Part shown: positions 25,170-34,201 of the stretch, piece after piece
Position numbering within the stretch: the stretch's first letter is position 1
Layout: each line of letters opens with the position of its first letter
IMG/VR virus record: IMGVR_UViG_3300020580_000031
Coordinates: 1-38,935 of that record
Length of the DNA: 38,935 nucleotides
Source: a virus
Taxonomy: Duplodnaviria; Caudoviricetes
Direction: 5' to 3' (one strand)
The notes under the pieces: model-generated
What the model was told of the DNA's origin: nothing
Databases searched by the model: none
The model's input: the letters and a program-made list of their open reading frames with translations, nothing else
Translations under genes and position numbers: made by a program

Positions 25170-25219
25170 GTGATCCATCGCAGCCCTGGAGATTCCGGGT
25201 CCGGGCCCGCGTGAACCAG

Positions 25220-25268
25220 TTGACATCTTTTCTACATAGCCCCCGCCCGGTATGCTGAATGTAGAAAC
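25220..25268 (+). promoter_or_regulatory. Regulatory region with an inverted pair of the TTTCTACAT motif
   Basis: TTGACA at 25220, TTTTCTACAT 25228-25237, TATGCT 25251, ATGTAGAAAC 25259-25268; the -35/-10 spacing is non-canonical. Confidence 0.55.
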
Positions 25269-25294
25269 CGATCAATCCCCTGGAGGCCAGATTC

Positions 25295-25612
25295 ATGCGT
25301 GCCAGCGCGAGACTCCGCGACGGCGGCGCCCCCCTCCGCGCCGCCATGGCCGGGCATGGCTGGGGATACGCGGCCCTCGCCGCCCACACCAGGACCATCG
25401 ACCCGCAGGGGCTGGGTGTGTCGTGGCAGACAGTCGCGTCGATCGCGACACAGCAGCCACGGTGGCGCCGCGACGGCACCCGCCCCCGCACCGGGCAGCT
25501 CATCGAAGACGCCCTGGGAGTGCCGCGGGGCACCTTGTTCGACTATGTCGATGACCTCGCGGCGACACTCGCTGAGCGGGAAACCCGCCAGCCCGAATGG
25601 GAGGCGTTGTGA
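25295..25612 (+). CDS. Cro/XRE-like HTH DNA-binding protein
   Basis: LRAAM..YAALAA..GVSWQTVASI..IEDALGVPRGTLF; GGAGG RBS. Confidence 0.75.
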   Translation: MRASARLRDGGAPLRAAMAGHGWGYAALAAHTRTIDPQGLGVSWQTVASIATQQPRWRRDGTRPRTGQLIEDALGVPRGTLFDYVDDLAATLAERETRQPEWEAL

Positions 25613-25989
25613 TCAGCGCCAAGACCACGGCCACGCTGAGTCACTTCCAGGCGGTGGCGGAGGAAACCCTGGCCCGCTGCGACCGGGTCCTCGTGCCGGT
25701 GAACGGACCCCGACAGTGGGCCGTGTGCTTCGTGCTGGCGGCCGGCGACGGTGCGTGTGTCGATGCGGGAGGACGGTGTGGAGATGTTCTGGGGTCTGGC
25801 GTGCGGCGACCACGCCACCGAACCAGTCCACGTGAGGCTCACGTGAGCGACTCGGAGCTGTACTACACCACTGAGACGCCGCGTCTCATCGGGGATAAGT
25901 GTGATTGCTGCGAGGTCGACGACTACGACGGCGACGGTCACCAGCCCTGCCGGAACTGCCACCACAACCCCGAGGAGCACCGGCCATGA
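25609..25989 (+). CDS. Cys-rich hypothetical protein (possibly two genes)
   Basis: GTGA overlap; C-terminal C..CRNCHH..H; possible internal start near 25843. Confidence 0.45.
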   Translation: MISAKTTATLSHFQAVAEETLARCDRVLVPVNGPRQWAVCFVLAAGDGACVDAGGRCGDVLGSGVRRPRHRTSPREAHVSDSELYYTTETPRLIGDKCDCCEVDDYDGDGHQPCRNCHHNPEEHRP

Positions 25990-26414
25990 GCACCACAGGC
26001 ATCGACCCGAACGCCCCGTGGACGCCAGGGCCAGCCCGTTCCGCCGCCCCGCCAGCCGTGGCGCCACACCCGGAGACGATCACATGGTGCCGGTTCTACA
26101 TCCGCACCCCAGCCGGTGAGGGCCTGTTCCACTACCAGCCGTTGACCATCACCGCCCCAGACGGCCAATCACGGCTCCCCACACCTCACCCCCCAGCCGT
26201 GGGCGACCTGATCACCCTGTTCGACCAGATCACCCAGCAGGGCGGCGGTTTCCGGGTCGTGGACCGCTGCTGGCACCACGCCAGTTACCTGTCCATGAAC
26301 TGGCCAGTCATGGCGGCGCTGCCCGTCCACGGCCCCAGCCTCGACGTCATCGTCGAACCAGCCGACGGCCTGTTCGCTGACGAGGCACCCACGGAGAGCG
26401 AGCCAGCGCCGTGA
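25986..26414 (+). CDS. Hypothetical protein
   Basis: ATGA overlap; PPAVGDLI..FRVVDRCW. Confidence 0.65.
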   Translation: MSTTGIDPNAPWTPGPARSAAPPAVAPHPETITWCRFYIRTPAGEGLFHYQPLTITAPDGQSRLPTPHPPAVGDLITLFDQITQQGGGFRVVDRCWHHASYLSMNWPVMAALPVHGPSLDVIVEPADGLFADEAPTESEPAP

Positions 26415-26692
26415 AACAGTCGTGGCGGCGGCGTGTGCTGGCCTATCGGGTGAACCGGCTCCTCGGCCGCGGCCCGGGCCCGCTCGGCGCCGACGCGCCC
26501 CCCGGCTGCTACTGCGCGAGAATGCCCCCAAACCAGCTATGCCACTGGTGCATAACCGATCACATCAAACTGGCCACGCCGCCGTGCCGGCGCCGCAGGT
26601 TCCCGCTGCGTCACCGGTGGGAGCGGTACGTCATGGGCGACGGCCGCCCCGCGAGGACCTGCGGCCGCTGCCGCGCCTGGGAGGCGTTGTGA
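26411..26692 (+). CDS. Cys-rich hypothetical protein
   Basis: GTGA overlaps at both ends. Confidence 0.55.
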   Translation: MKQSWRRRVLAYRVNRLLGRGPGPLGADAPPGCYCARMPPNQLCHWCITDHIKLATPPCRRRRFPLRHRWERYVMGDGRPARTCGRCRAWEAL

Positions 26693-27051
26693 ACGCGGCC
26701 GCCCGCCAGGACACCGGCTCGGTCACCCGGACGTGGCCAGGCGGCCCGGGCAATCTCGAGGCGAACGCCCGCATAGACGAGCTTGAGGGGCGGCTGGGCC
26801 GCGCGCAGCAGGAACACGACGACCTGGTGGCCGCTGCCGAGCTCCTCGCCAGGCAATGGGCGGAACTCGCGGCGGCGCTGCGGGACAAGTCCCGGGCGAT
26901 CACCGCGGCGGCGGACCGCCGCACCGCGCGGACTGGGCTGCCGTCGCCGAAGCAGATGCTGGCGGCGGACCGGCTGAAAGCCCGCGCGGACACGTGGTCC
27001 GAGGCGGTCCGGGACCTGCGGGACGCCATCACACAAACCCGGGACGCGTAG
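26689..27051 (+). CDS. Coiled-coil hypothetical protein
   Basis: GTGA overlap and GGGAGG RBS. Confidence 0.6.
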   Translation: MNAAARQDTGSVTRTWPGGPGNLEANARIDELEGRLGRAQQEHDDLVAAAELLARQWAELAAALRDKSRAITAAADRRTARTGLPSPKQMLAADRLKARADTWSEAVRDLRDAITQTRDA

Positions 27052-27103
27052 CCCGCCCTGTCGGTGGCCGCGTGTTCGATAGGTGAATGAGACGGAGGGT
27101 CAC

Positions 27104-28156
27104 ATGAGTCAGCCAGCACCGGAAGCGGAATCGAACGGCCATGGGGAGGTGACCGCGGTCAGCCGCGAATGGGCGGCGAAACTCATGGCGGAGTTCCCCG
27201 AGGACAAGGTCTTCGGGAAGCCCGCTATCAGCTGCTATGACTGTTCACATTCCCCGTCGAAGGCGTGCGGGAAGACCGACAACCGCGGGCTGAAGCACGA
27301 GAAGATCCGCTGCCCGGACTGCAAGGCGTGGATCACCGCGGCGCACACCCACCTCGACTACGTCGGCCACGCTGACGTCACCGAACGCCTCTTGCAGGTT
27401 GACCCCTACTGGACATGGCGGCCCGCGTACACCAACCCGGACAAGGACGTCCTCCTCGCCGCGATCGCCTCGGGTAACCCTTCGATCGTCCAGGCGGTCA
27501 TCGCTAACGCGCCGCCGCTGCTGGACCGCTCCGGCGGCATGTGGATCGAGCTCACCGTCCACGACGACGCCGGCTACGAGGTGACCCGTCTCGGTTACGG
27601 CGACGCCGACGGGAAAGGCGCGACCGGCGCGGCGATGAAAGAAACCATTGGCGACGGGCTGCGGAACGCGGCGCTGCGTTTCGGTGTGGCGCGGTCACTT
27701 TGGTCGAAGCAGGAACGCGGCGCCGAGGAGGACACCAGCGGCCCGGACGGGGAGACAGCCAAGCCGGCGGCGCGGACCCGGGCGAAGGCGAAGTCTGGCA
27801 AGGACGACAGCGCGAAGGGCAACGCGGGCGCTGGCGATGAGGGGCCGAGGAACCTCGCCAGCCTCGCCTACTCGATCGCTGGGAACAAGGACAAGACCGA
27901 GAATGATCTCCGCCACGCCGTGTATGAGATCGCGTCACGGAACCGGTGGCTGTCGGAGAAGGTCACGTCACCGTTCGACGGTGTGCTGCTGCCGCTGCAC
28001 GCGGTCATCGCCCAGGCGAAGCAGAAGGTCCTCGACCGCACACCCCCGCCGGGCCCACCACGTGACATTCCGGGCTCGGGCGGGCCACCAGCGGCGGTGT
28101 TCAGCCCACCCCCAGGCCCGGTTCCCGCTCCCACACAGGGCGGTGAGACACGTTGA
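27104..28156 (+). CDS. Rad52/Rad22-like single-strand annealing protein with Zn-binding insert
   Basis: HLDYVGHADVTERLLQVDPYWTW, TRLGYGDA, KETIGDGLRNAALRFGVARSLW. Confidence 0.75.
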   Translation: MSQPAPEAESNGHGEVTAVSREWAAKLMAEFPEDKVFGKPAISCYDCSHSPSKACGKTDNRGLKHEKIRCPDCKAWITAAHTHLDYVGHADVTERLLQVDPYWTWRPAYTNPDKDVLLAAIASGNPSIVQAVIANAPPLLDRSGGMWIELTVHDDAGYEVTRLGYGDADGKGATGAAMKETIGDGLRNAALRFGVARSLWSKQERGAEEDTSGPDGETAKPAARTRAKAKSGKDDSAKGNAGAGDEGPRNLASLAYSIAGNKDKTENDLRHAVYEIASRNRWLSEKVTSPFDGVLLPLHAVIAQAKQKVLDRTPPPGPPRDIPGSGGPPAAVFSPPPGPVPAPTQGGETR

Positions 28157-28584
28157 GGGCCCGTGTGAGCTCGTGGGTGAGCCGTCTCCTCCTCACCCTC
28201 ATCGTGGTCCTCTCGGCGCGGCTGACATGGCTGTGGGTAGGCGGGAACCCCGTCACCGCGCTGCTGTGGATATTCAGCGCCGTCCTCGCCGCCGGCCTGG
28301 CCGCCCTGGCCGCGTGGGCGCTGCTGTCTGAAACCGGCTCATTCACACCTGGCGCGTCGATCACGGCCCCGGCGACGGCTTCCACCCGGGCCGTCACCAT
28401 CCCCCCGCACCTGGCTATCGGTGAGGCCCTGTCCGCTGAGGTCACCGCCCGGTTCGACGCCGTCATCCCAGCGGCCGTCGCTGAACGGGAAGCGTCAGCC
28501 GCGGACCGGCGCAAAGCGCAGCATGAGGCGCGGCTCGCCGCCCGCCGCGCTAAGTACGCCGCCCGGAAGGGAGCCGCGAAGTGA
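28153..28584 (+). CDS. Membrane protein
   Basis: TTGA overlap; two TM helices and a basic tail. Confidence 0.6.
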   Translation: MRARVSSWVSRLLLTLIVVLSARLTWLWVGGNPVTALLWIFSAVLAAGLAALAAWALLSETGSFTPGASITAPATASTRAVTIPPHLAIGEALSAEVTARFDAVIPAAVAEREASAADRRKAQHEARLAARRAKYAARKGAAK

Positions 28585-28880
28585 CCGGCCAGGTGGTCAT
28601 GGTGTGCCTCGGTGAACGAGCCGGGCGGCCGGGACATCCCGGCCCCGAGGGCCAGTACCTCGCGTCCTACGACCCGGAAGGCAACGACGGCTGGGGACAC
28701 GCCAACTGGACCCGCGACCTGGGTAAGGCGATGGTGTTCGACGGCGCGGCCGCCGCTCACGCCTGCTGGGCCCAGGTGTCCCAGACCCGGCCGCTGCGCC
28801 CCGACGGCTGCCCTAACCGGCCACTGACCACGTTCACCGTCGAGATGCGCGCCGTAGCGGGGGTGAACACCGATGGCTGA
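28581..28880 (+). CDS. Hypothetical protein
   Basis: GTGA overlap; RPDG.PNRPLT.FTVE motif. Confidence 0.65.
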   Translation: MTGQVVMVCLGERAGRPGHPGPEGQYLASYDPEGNDGWGHANWTRDLGKAMVFDGAAAAHACWAQVSQTRPLRPDGCPNRPLTTFTVEMRAVAGVNTDG

Positions 28881-29874
28881 TTACCTCAGCTCCGTCATCG
28901 ACGCGGCACGCGGCTGGGACCTCGCGCGGCCCCGCACCCAGCAAACCCAGGTCGGCTGGTCCGGTGTCGCCGGGTGCCGCGCGTACCTCGGCTACCAGAT
29001 CGCTGGGGAATGGCCCACCGACCAGCCCGACGAATGGCGTTCAATCGTCGGCAGCGCCCTCCACCAATGGCTCCAGATGGTCCGGGGTGAGGCATTCACG
29101 GCCGCAGGGGTGAGTTTCAGCCATTTCAGCCACGAACACACGATTGACTACCGCGGTATCCCCGGCCACGCCGACGAGATCCTGTGGAACGCCGGGGAAG
29201 TCATCGACTGGAAATTCCCGACCCTCGCGTCCGCCGCCCAATGGGAGGACGAGAAGGTGCGCGATGAGCGGTTCGCGCAGCCCCAGGGGTACGCCGCTGG
29301 TGTCGTCGGCGGCGACCGCTGGCGCGCGGAAGCACCCGACCCCGACGGTGGTCTCGTCCGGGTCCTCCTGGCCCCCGTCGACGGCACGTTCGACGACTGG
29401 CGCATGTATGAGCGGCCGTTCGACCGGGCTTTCGCTGACCACTGGGCGGACCGCTACGAGCACATAGCCGCCATGCAGGCCGCAGGGGAGCCACTGCCGA
29501 AGGACAAGCCCTACGTCTTCTGCAAACGGTTCTGCGAGATGTTCTCCCTGTGCAGGGGTGAGGACACCGGTGAAGGCCTCCCGGACCTGTCCGCTGATCC
29601 GGAGCTCGCCACGATGATCGCCGCCTACGGTGAGGCCACCGAGAAAATGCGGGAAGCCGAAGCGGTCAAAGACCGCCTCTACCGGGAACTGCACGGCTAC
29701 CGGGGTGTCATCCCCGGATGGAAAATCACCACCAGCCGCCCCGGCCGCGGCTCCTACGTAGACGACACGGAGGCCATTCACGCGATGTTCGCCGAATGGG
29801 GCCTCGAAGTCCCCCAGCGCCTCAAAGAAGGCTCAGCTGGATCACTGTCGGTCAGCCGGGTGAAGTCACCGTGA
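28873..29874 (+). CDS. Cas4/RecB-like PD-(D/E)xK exonuclease
   Basis: GCRAY, GSALH, GHAD, VIDWK, QPQGY and C-terminal CKRFCEMFSLC. Confidence 0.8.
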   Translation: MADYLSSVIDAARGWDLARPRTQQTQVGWSGVAGCRAYLGYQIAGEWPTDQPDEWRSIVGSALHQWLQMVRGEAFTAAGVSFSHFSHEHTIDYRGIPGHADEILWNAGEVIDWKFPTLASAAQWEDEKVRDERFAQPQGYAAGVVGGDRWRAEAPDPDGGLVRVLLAPVDGTFDDWRMYERPFDRAFADHWADRYEHIAAMQAAGEPLPKDKPYVFCKRFCEMFSLCRGEDTGEGLPDLSADPELATMIAAYGEATEKMREAEAVKDRLYRELHGYRGVIPGWKITTSRPGRGSYVDDTEAIHAMFAEWGLEVPQRLKEGSAGSLSVSRVKSP

Positions 29875-30092
29875 CCACCACGGAGAACGCGGCTACACGT
29901 GTCTACGACCCCGGCTCAGGGCTGAACCTTCAGCCGCATCACGAACCACCCGGGAAGCAGTGCGCCGCGCGGGACAGCAGCTTCTACTGCACCGTCAAGG
30001 CGGGCCCCCATGGCTGGCACGTCGCCTGGGGCCGCGAACCACGGAAGCCGCTGCACATCTGGCTGAACGCTGATGTCTGGCTGGATACGTGA
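29871..30092 (+). CDS. Small Cys/His protein
   Basis: GTGA overlap; C..CT..GPH.WH. Confidence 0.55.
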   Translation: MTTTENAATRVYDPGSGLNLQPHHEPPGKQCAARDSSFYCTVKAGPHGWHVAWGREPRKPLHIWLNADVWLDT

Positions 30093-30354
30093 GCGACTGG
30101 TGAGACGCCGCGAGCGCTGGCCCAGCGGGCACCGGCGCGGCATGTCGCGCGACACCGGCCATCCCGTCCGCTACTACCAGATCACCCGCGCCGCCGACGG
30201 TGAGCTTCAGCTGATCCTGTCGTTCCGCGACGGCTCGACGCGGGAGATCGTCATGAGCGAAGCCGAAGCCCAGCGGTTCGCTCATGACCTCGCGACCGGG
30301 CACGCCCTCTCGGGAGCAGTCGGCGCCGCGTACGGCCCCCGGGGCGCAACGTGA
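30073..30354 (+). CDS. Hypothetical protein
   Basis: Fills the gap and is coupled to the next gene; start uncertain. Confidence 0.5.
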   Translation: MSGWIRERLVRRRERWPSGHRRGMSRDTGHPVRYYQITRAADGELQLILSFRDGSTREIVMSEAEAQRFAHDLATGHALSGAVGAAYGPRGAT

Positions 30355-30701
30355 ACAGCCGGGCCCGGCGCCGCAGGAACCTGATGCGGGAGGATCCGTT
30401 CTGCTTCTGGTGCCGGCGGCCGCTGAAGACGTACGAGCCCACGCCGCTGCCACCGTTGCCGCCGGACTACCCCACGATCGACCACCTGTTCTCCCGCGTC
30501 CACTATCCGATCCGTCCCCGGCAAGGCAGCTGGGTGCTGTCGTGCCCGCTGTGCAACAGCGAACGCGGGAAGGCCGAAGAAAGGCAGCTGACGATCGGGG
30601 AACTCCGCTGGCGATCCCGCCAGCACCGCGACCGGAGGCTGATCCGGTCTACCGACGTCAACTGGCGCACGCAGCCACCACACCGCCAGAGCGTCAGGTG
30701 A
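30351..30701 (+). CDS. HNH endonuclease (zinc-binding type)
   Basis: CFWC..PTIDHL..VLSCPLCNSERG. Confidence 0.8.
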   Translation: MNSRARRRRNLMREDPFCFWCRRPLKTYEPTPLPPLPPDYPTIDHLFSRVHYPIRPRQGSWVLSCPLCNSERGKAEERQLTIGELRWRSRQHRDRRLIRSTDVNWRTQPPHRQSVR

Positions 30702-31156
30702 GCGAGTGGCCGGGCCCCTATCCGAAGCCACCACCCCGTCAGCCACGCACACCGAAAGGACTCAAGCGCCGCAAGGGGCTGCGGAACAAGACACCCCGCA
30801 AACTCCGCGTCGACATCGGCGGGCTCCTCCCACAGCACGACTGGGAAACGCTCAACGCCCTGGTGCTGGCCCGCCCGCTCGGGGGCCGCTGCGAGTGGTG
30901 CGGGAAGGACCAGGCGCAGGATTTCCACCACCGGCTCACCACCGCCCACGGCGGCCCCGACGTAGCGTCCAACGGAGCCAGCGTCAGCCGGATCTGCCAC
31001 GGCTACATCCACGACCATCCTGCCGAGGCGCGTGGGCGGGGGTTTCTCGTCCCCTCCGGCGGCGACTTCCGCAAACGGGCCATGATCCTGTGGGACGGCC
31101 AGCTCGCCCTGATCGATGATGAGGGCGGCTACTCCTGGGTGTCGGGGCAGGAGTGA
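30698..31156 (+). CDS. HNH-family protein
   Basis: RCEWCG..DFHHR..GG.D.ASNG..CHGYIHDHPAEARGRGFLV. Confidence 0.8.
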   Translation: MSEWPGPYPKPPPRQPRTPKGLKRRKGLRNKTPRKLRVDIGGLLPQHDWETLNALVLARPLGGRCEWCGKDQAQDFHHRLTTAHGGPDVASNGASVSRICHGYIHDHPAEARGRGFLVPSGGDFRKRAMILWDGQLALIDDEGGYSWVSGQE

Positions 31157-31217
31157 AAGTTGGGGTTAGGACCGCCACGGACCGCTAGTGCGGAGTAGGG
31201 TCTAGGGAATCCGAGCC

Positions 31218-31265
31218 TGAAAAACACCGGAGGGCCAGCCCCTTAGCGGGTCGGCTGGCCCTCCG
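31218..31265 (-). terminator. Minus-strand intrinsic terminator upstream of the replication genes
   Basis: 13-bp stem CGGAGGGCCAGCC/GGCTGGCCCTCCG followed on the minus strand by GTGTTTTT. Confidence 0.55.
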
Positions 31266-31290
31266 CAAGCTCCACGCCTGGAGGCTTGAT

Positions 31291-31644
31291 GTGCCTACGA
31301 TAGCCGATCCCGCGTCGCGGCGTCCCGGGATGCGCATCCCCACGCGAGCCGAGGTGGAGCGGGCGGTCCTCGCCAGCGACCTCCCCGCCCCCGGCAAGAC
31401 CCTCATCCTGGCGCTGGCGGTGTGGTCCGACGCGGCGGCTGCCGCGGTCCCCACCGATCAAAGCCGCAGCCTCAACGAGATTTGCCGCGCCACGTCCCTA
31501 TCCAGAAGCACCGTCTGCCGGCACCTGACCCAGCTGGAAGACGCCGGGTGGATAACCCGCAAACGGCCGCCGCTGTCCGTCGCCTGCCAGGGCGTCAAAA
31601 CGGGCTACTGGCTGCGTGTGCCCAACGCGGTCCCCGAGTCCTGA
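31291..31644 (+). CDS. Stand-alone winged-HTH protein, paralogue of the initiator N-terminus
   Basis: SLNEICRATSLSRSTVCRHLTQLEDAGWI; aligns end to end with the start of the next ORF. Confidence 0.8.
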   Translation: MPTIADPASRRPGMRIPTRAEVERAVLASDLPAPGKTLILALAVWSDAAAAAVPTDQSRSLNEICRATSLSRSTVCRHLTQLEDAGWITRKRPPLSVACQGVKTGYWLRVPNAVPES

Positions 31645-31645
31645 T

Positions 31646-32548
31646 GTGGCGGCGAAAGAACCGCGGCCAACGCGTTCCGAAGTGGAGCGCGCCGTGACGG
31701 CGAGTTCGCTGCCGGCGCCGAGCCGCCATATCGTGTTGACACTTCTGCTGTGGTCGGATAACGCCACGGCGACCATTTTGCGCCAGCACCGCAAGAGCCT
31801 GAGCGAGATCGCGCAGGCGACCGGGCTGAGCCGGCGGGCCGTCACGGAGCACCTCGATCTGCTCGACCAGGCGGGGTGGGTGGAGCGCAACCGGCCCTCG
31901 CTGGAGGAGGCCCGGGCTGGCACGAAGACCGGATATCGCCTGCTCATCCCTAGGGAACCTAGTGCCCTACCCCCACCCGCCCTAGGGCACGACGTTCCCC
32001 AGGGCCCGCCTGCGGAAACAGGCAACCTAGGGCACCAGGTTCCCCAGGAGACCCCAAATCTAGGGCAGGAGGTGCCCTACCCTAGGGCGCCTGGTTCCCA
32101 GAAAAGAAGTACCTCTGTAGAGGTACATGTAGTTGGTGGTTCTGTTAAAACGCCGGCGGTCGCCGAAGCCGCCCCCACCAAGGGCGCCGTCGCTGAGGCC
32201 CGACAGGATGTCGAGCGGCTCTGCCGCCACCTCGCCGACCGGATCGTAGGGAACGGCTCGCGGCGGCCCACGATCACAAAGGGCTGGCGTGACACGGCCC
32301 GCCTGATGCTCGACAAGGACGGCCTCAGCGAGAGCCAAATAGCGTGGGCGATCGACTGGTGCCAGGCGAACGAGTTCTGGCGGTCCAACATCATGTCGAT
32401 GACCAAGCTGCGCAAGCATTACGACAGGCTGCGCCTTCAAGCAGACGGGGAACGCACCGCCTCTAACGGCCATAGACCCTCCACCACTGATGCGGCCGTC
32501 GACCAGGCGCTTAGCCTCGCGGACCACTACCACCAGAAAGGGGAATGA
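31646..32548 (+). CDS. Replication initiator (lambda O-like layout: wHTH, iteron-coding linker, C-terminal domain)
   Basis: N-terminal HTH; ARLMLDKDG..AIDWCQANEFWRSNIMSMTKLRKHYDRL C-terminal domain of actinophage initiators; internal iterons; start may be 31616. Confidence 0.85.
   Translation: MAAKEPRPTRSEVERAVTASSLPAPSRHIVLTLLLWSDNATATILRQHRKSLSEIAQATGLSRRAVTEHLDLLDQAGWVERNRPSLEEARAGTKTGYRLLIPREPSALPPPALGHDVPQGPPAETGNLGHQVPQETPNLGQEVPYPRAPGSQKRSTSVEVHVVGGSVKTPAVAEAAPTKGAVAEARQDVERLCRHLADRIVGNGSRRPTITKGWRDTARLMLDKDGLSESQIAWAIDWCQANEFWRSNIMSMTKLRKHYDRLRLQADGERTASNGHRPSTTDAAVDQALSLADHYHQKGE
31951..32150. repeat. Replication origin: five 19-bp palindromic iterons plus an AT-richer tract
   Basis: TAGGGCAC-N3-GTKCCCYA variants at 31951, 31983, 32028, 32061 and 32083, then GAAAAGAAGTACCTCTGTAGAGGTACATGTAG...TTAAAA. 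Confidence 0.8.
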
Positions 32549-32549
32549 T

Positions 32550-32915
32550 GTGAACAAGGGTGAGACAGCGGAACTGCTCGCGATGGTGGCGGCGTTCGAC
32601 CGCCGCACGGTCGGCGCCGCGGATGTCGAGGCGTGGCATTCCATCCTCGGCCTCTACCGCGCTGGCGACACGGTGGCGGCGCTGAAGCAGTTCAAGCACG
32701 ACGAACCTGGCATCTGGGTCGAGCCGGGTCACCTGGCGCAGATCATCGACGAGTGGCAGCGGCAGTGGCTGTGGCGCGTCGGCGCCGGGAAACCGATGCC
32801 CATCGGCGGCCGGGAGGCGGATGAGGACCTGGTGATCGTCACCGAGCATGGGCCGGTGCCGCTGCTCGAGCACAAACGCCAGCAGGCCGCCCGCCAGCTT
32901 GAGGCCGGCGAGTGA
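32550..32915 (+). CDS. Helicase loader/inhibitor-like protein
   Basis: ETAELLAMVAAFDRRTVGAADVEAWHSIL; lies between initiator and helicase. Confidence 0.65.
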   Translation: MNKGETAELLAMVAAFDRRTVGAADVEAWHSILGLYRAGDTVAALKQFKHDEPGIWVEPGHLAQIIDEWQRQWLWRVGAGKPMPIGGREADEDLVIVTEHGPVPLLEHKRQQAARQLEAGE

Positions 32916-34201
32916 CCACCACGTCCGCGCCGCCGCAGGATCTTCAGGCGGAGCGGTACACCCTGGCTGGCATGTTCGCCGGGCCGCGTGGGGTGGAGGC
33001 GGCGGCGGGGATCCTCACCGCCGGTGATTTCCTGCGCCCGGCCCATCAGGTGATCTTTCAGGCGATGGTGTCGATGTACGCCGCGGGGACGCAGGTGACG
33101 GTGGTCACGCTGAAGGACTGGATCACCCGTGATGGCGACGCGAAGGTGTTCGGCGGTGAGGCGCGCTGCGGGGAGTACCTGCTGGAGCTGTACGCGCTGC
33201 CAGCGTTCGGGGTGGAATCTCACGCCCGCCTGGTGCTGGACCGGGCGGTGCGCCGCCGGGTCGCGGAGGCGGCGACGCGGATGCTGCAGCGCGTCGCGGG
33301 CAACGGCCACGACCCGATCGGTGACTTCGTCGCGGGCTGCCAGGACGACATCGACCGCGCCGCCGCGACCGCGTCGGCGCTTGATGGTGACGCTGACGAG
33401 GCGATGACCGCCGAGCGGTTCGTCGCGTCCCCCCGCGCGCAGCCGGTGCCGGTGATCCCGGGCCTGCTGAACCGGGAGGACCGCGTCGTCGTCGTTGGCC
33501 GCCCGGGCAGCGGCAAGACGTATCTGGCGTATCAGATCGCGGCGGCGTGCGCGGCGGGGGTGCATCCGTTCGCGTGGACCCCGATGCGGCCACTGCGGGC
33601 GATGATCATCGACTTGGAGAATCCGCGCTACCTGGTGCGGTCGAAGATGAACAAGCTCCTCGCCGTCGCCAAACGCCACGAGGGCTACGATCCGGACGCG
33701 CTGCGGGTGTTCTCCCACCCGGCGGGCCTGGACCTGTCGAAACCAGGTAACGCGCATCTGCTGGCGTCGCGGATCCGGCAGGCGCGGCCGGAGGTGATCT
33801 GCGCGGGCCCGATCTACAAGATGCACGCCGACATCGGGGAACGCGCCGACCACACGGCGGTGACGGATTTCTGGGACCGCATCCGTGACCGCTACGGGTG
33901 CGCGCTATGGCTGGAAACACATCCGCCGCTGGTGATCGGGTCGGCGAGGAACGTGCCGATGCGGCCGGGTGGTTCGGGGCGGTGGTCGAACTGGCCCGAG
34001 TTTGGGCTGTCGCTGCTCCCGGCGGGGAAAGGCGAGCCGGAGGGGGCGCTGCTGATCGACACGTTCCGCGGCGACCGTGAGGAGGGCCGCACCTGGCCGA
34101 GGAAGCTCCACCGCAACGTCATGTCAGCGCAAGGCTGGCCGTGGGTGCCCGTCTACCCGGACGGCACCCTGAGCGACCCACTGGAGGAAGATCATGCCTA
34201 A
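32912..34201 (+). CDS. DnaB-like replicative helicase (DnaB N-terminus plus RecA-type ATPase)
   Basis: PPQDLQAE..DFLRPAHQVIF N-terminal domain; Walker A GRPGSGKT; IIDLEN; LWLETH. Confidence 0.9.
   Translation: MTTTSAPPQDLQAERYTLAGMFAGPRGVEAAAGILTAGDFLRPAHQVIFQAMVSMYAAGTQVTVVTLKDWITRDGDAKVFGGEARCGEYLLELYALPAFGVESHARLVLDRAVRRRVAEAATRMLQRVAGNGHDPIGDFVAGCQDDIDRAAATASALDGDADEAMTAERFVASPRAQPVPVIPGLLNREDRVVVVGRPGSGKTYLAYQIAAACAAGVHPFAWTPMRPLRAMIIDLENPRYLVRSKMNKLLAVAKRHEGYDPDALRVFSHPAGLDLSKPGNAHLLASRIRQARPEVICAGPIYKMHADIGERADHTAVTDFWDRIRDRYGCALWLETHPPLVIGSARNVPMRPGGSGRWSNWPEFGLSLLPAGKGEPEGALLIDTFRGDREEGRTWPRKLHRNVMSAQGWPWVPVYPDGTLSDPLEEDHA

Noticed and set aside
25166-25258. 30-aa ATGA-coupled ORF after the HNH gene
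   Set aside because: It overlaps the regulatory region and has no recognisable features; probably a remnant or chance ORF.
25228-25268. TTTCTAC...GTAGA resembles a Cas12a direct-repeat stem
   Set aside because: No repeat-spacer array and no Cas effector; copies are dispersed in promoters, which fits operators better.
28873-29874. Cas4-like nuclease as a sign of CRISPR-Cas
   Set aside because: It is solo and near an annealing protein, the usual phage recombination context.
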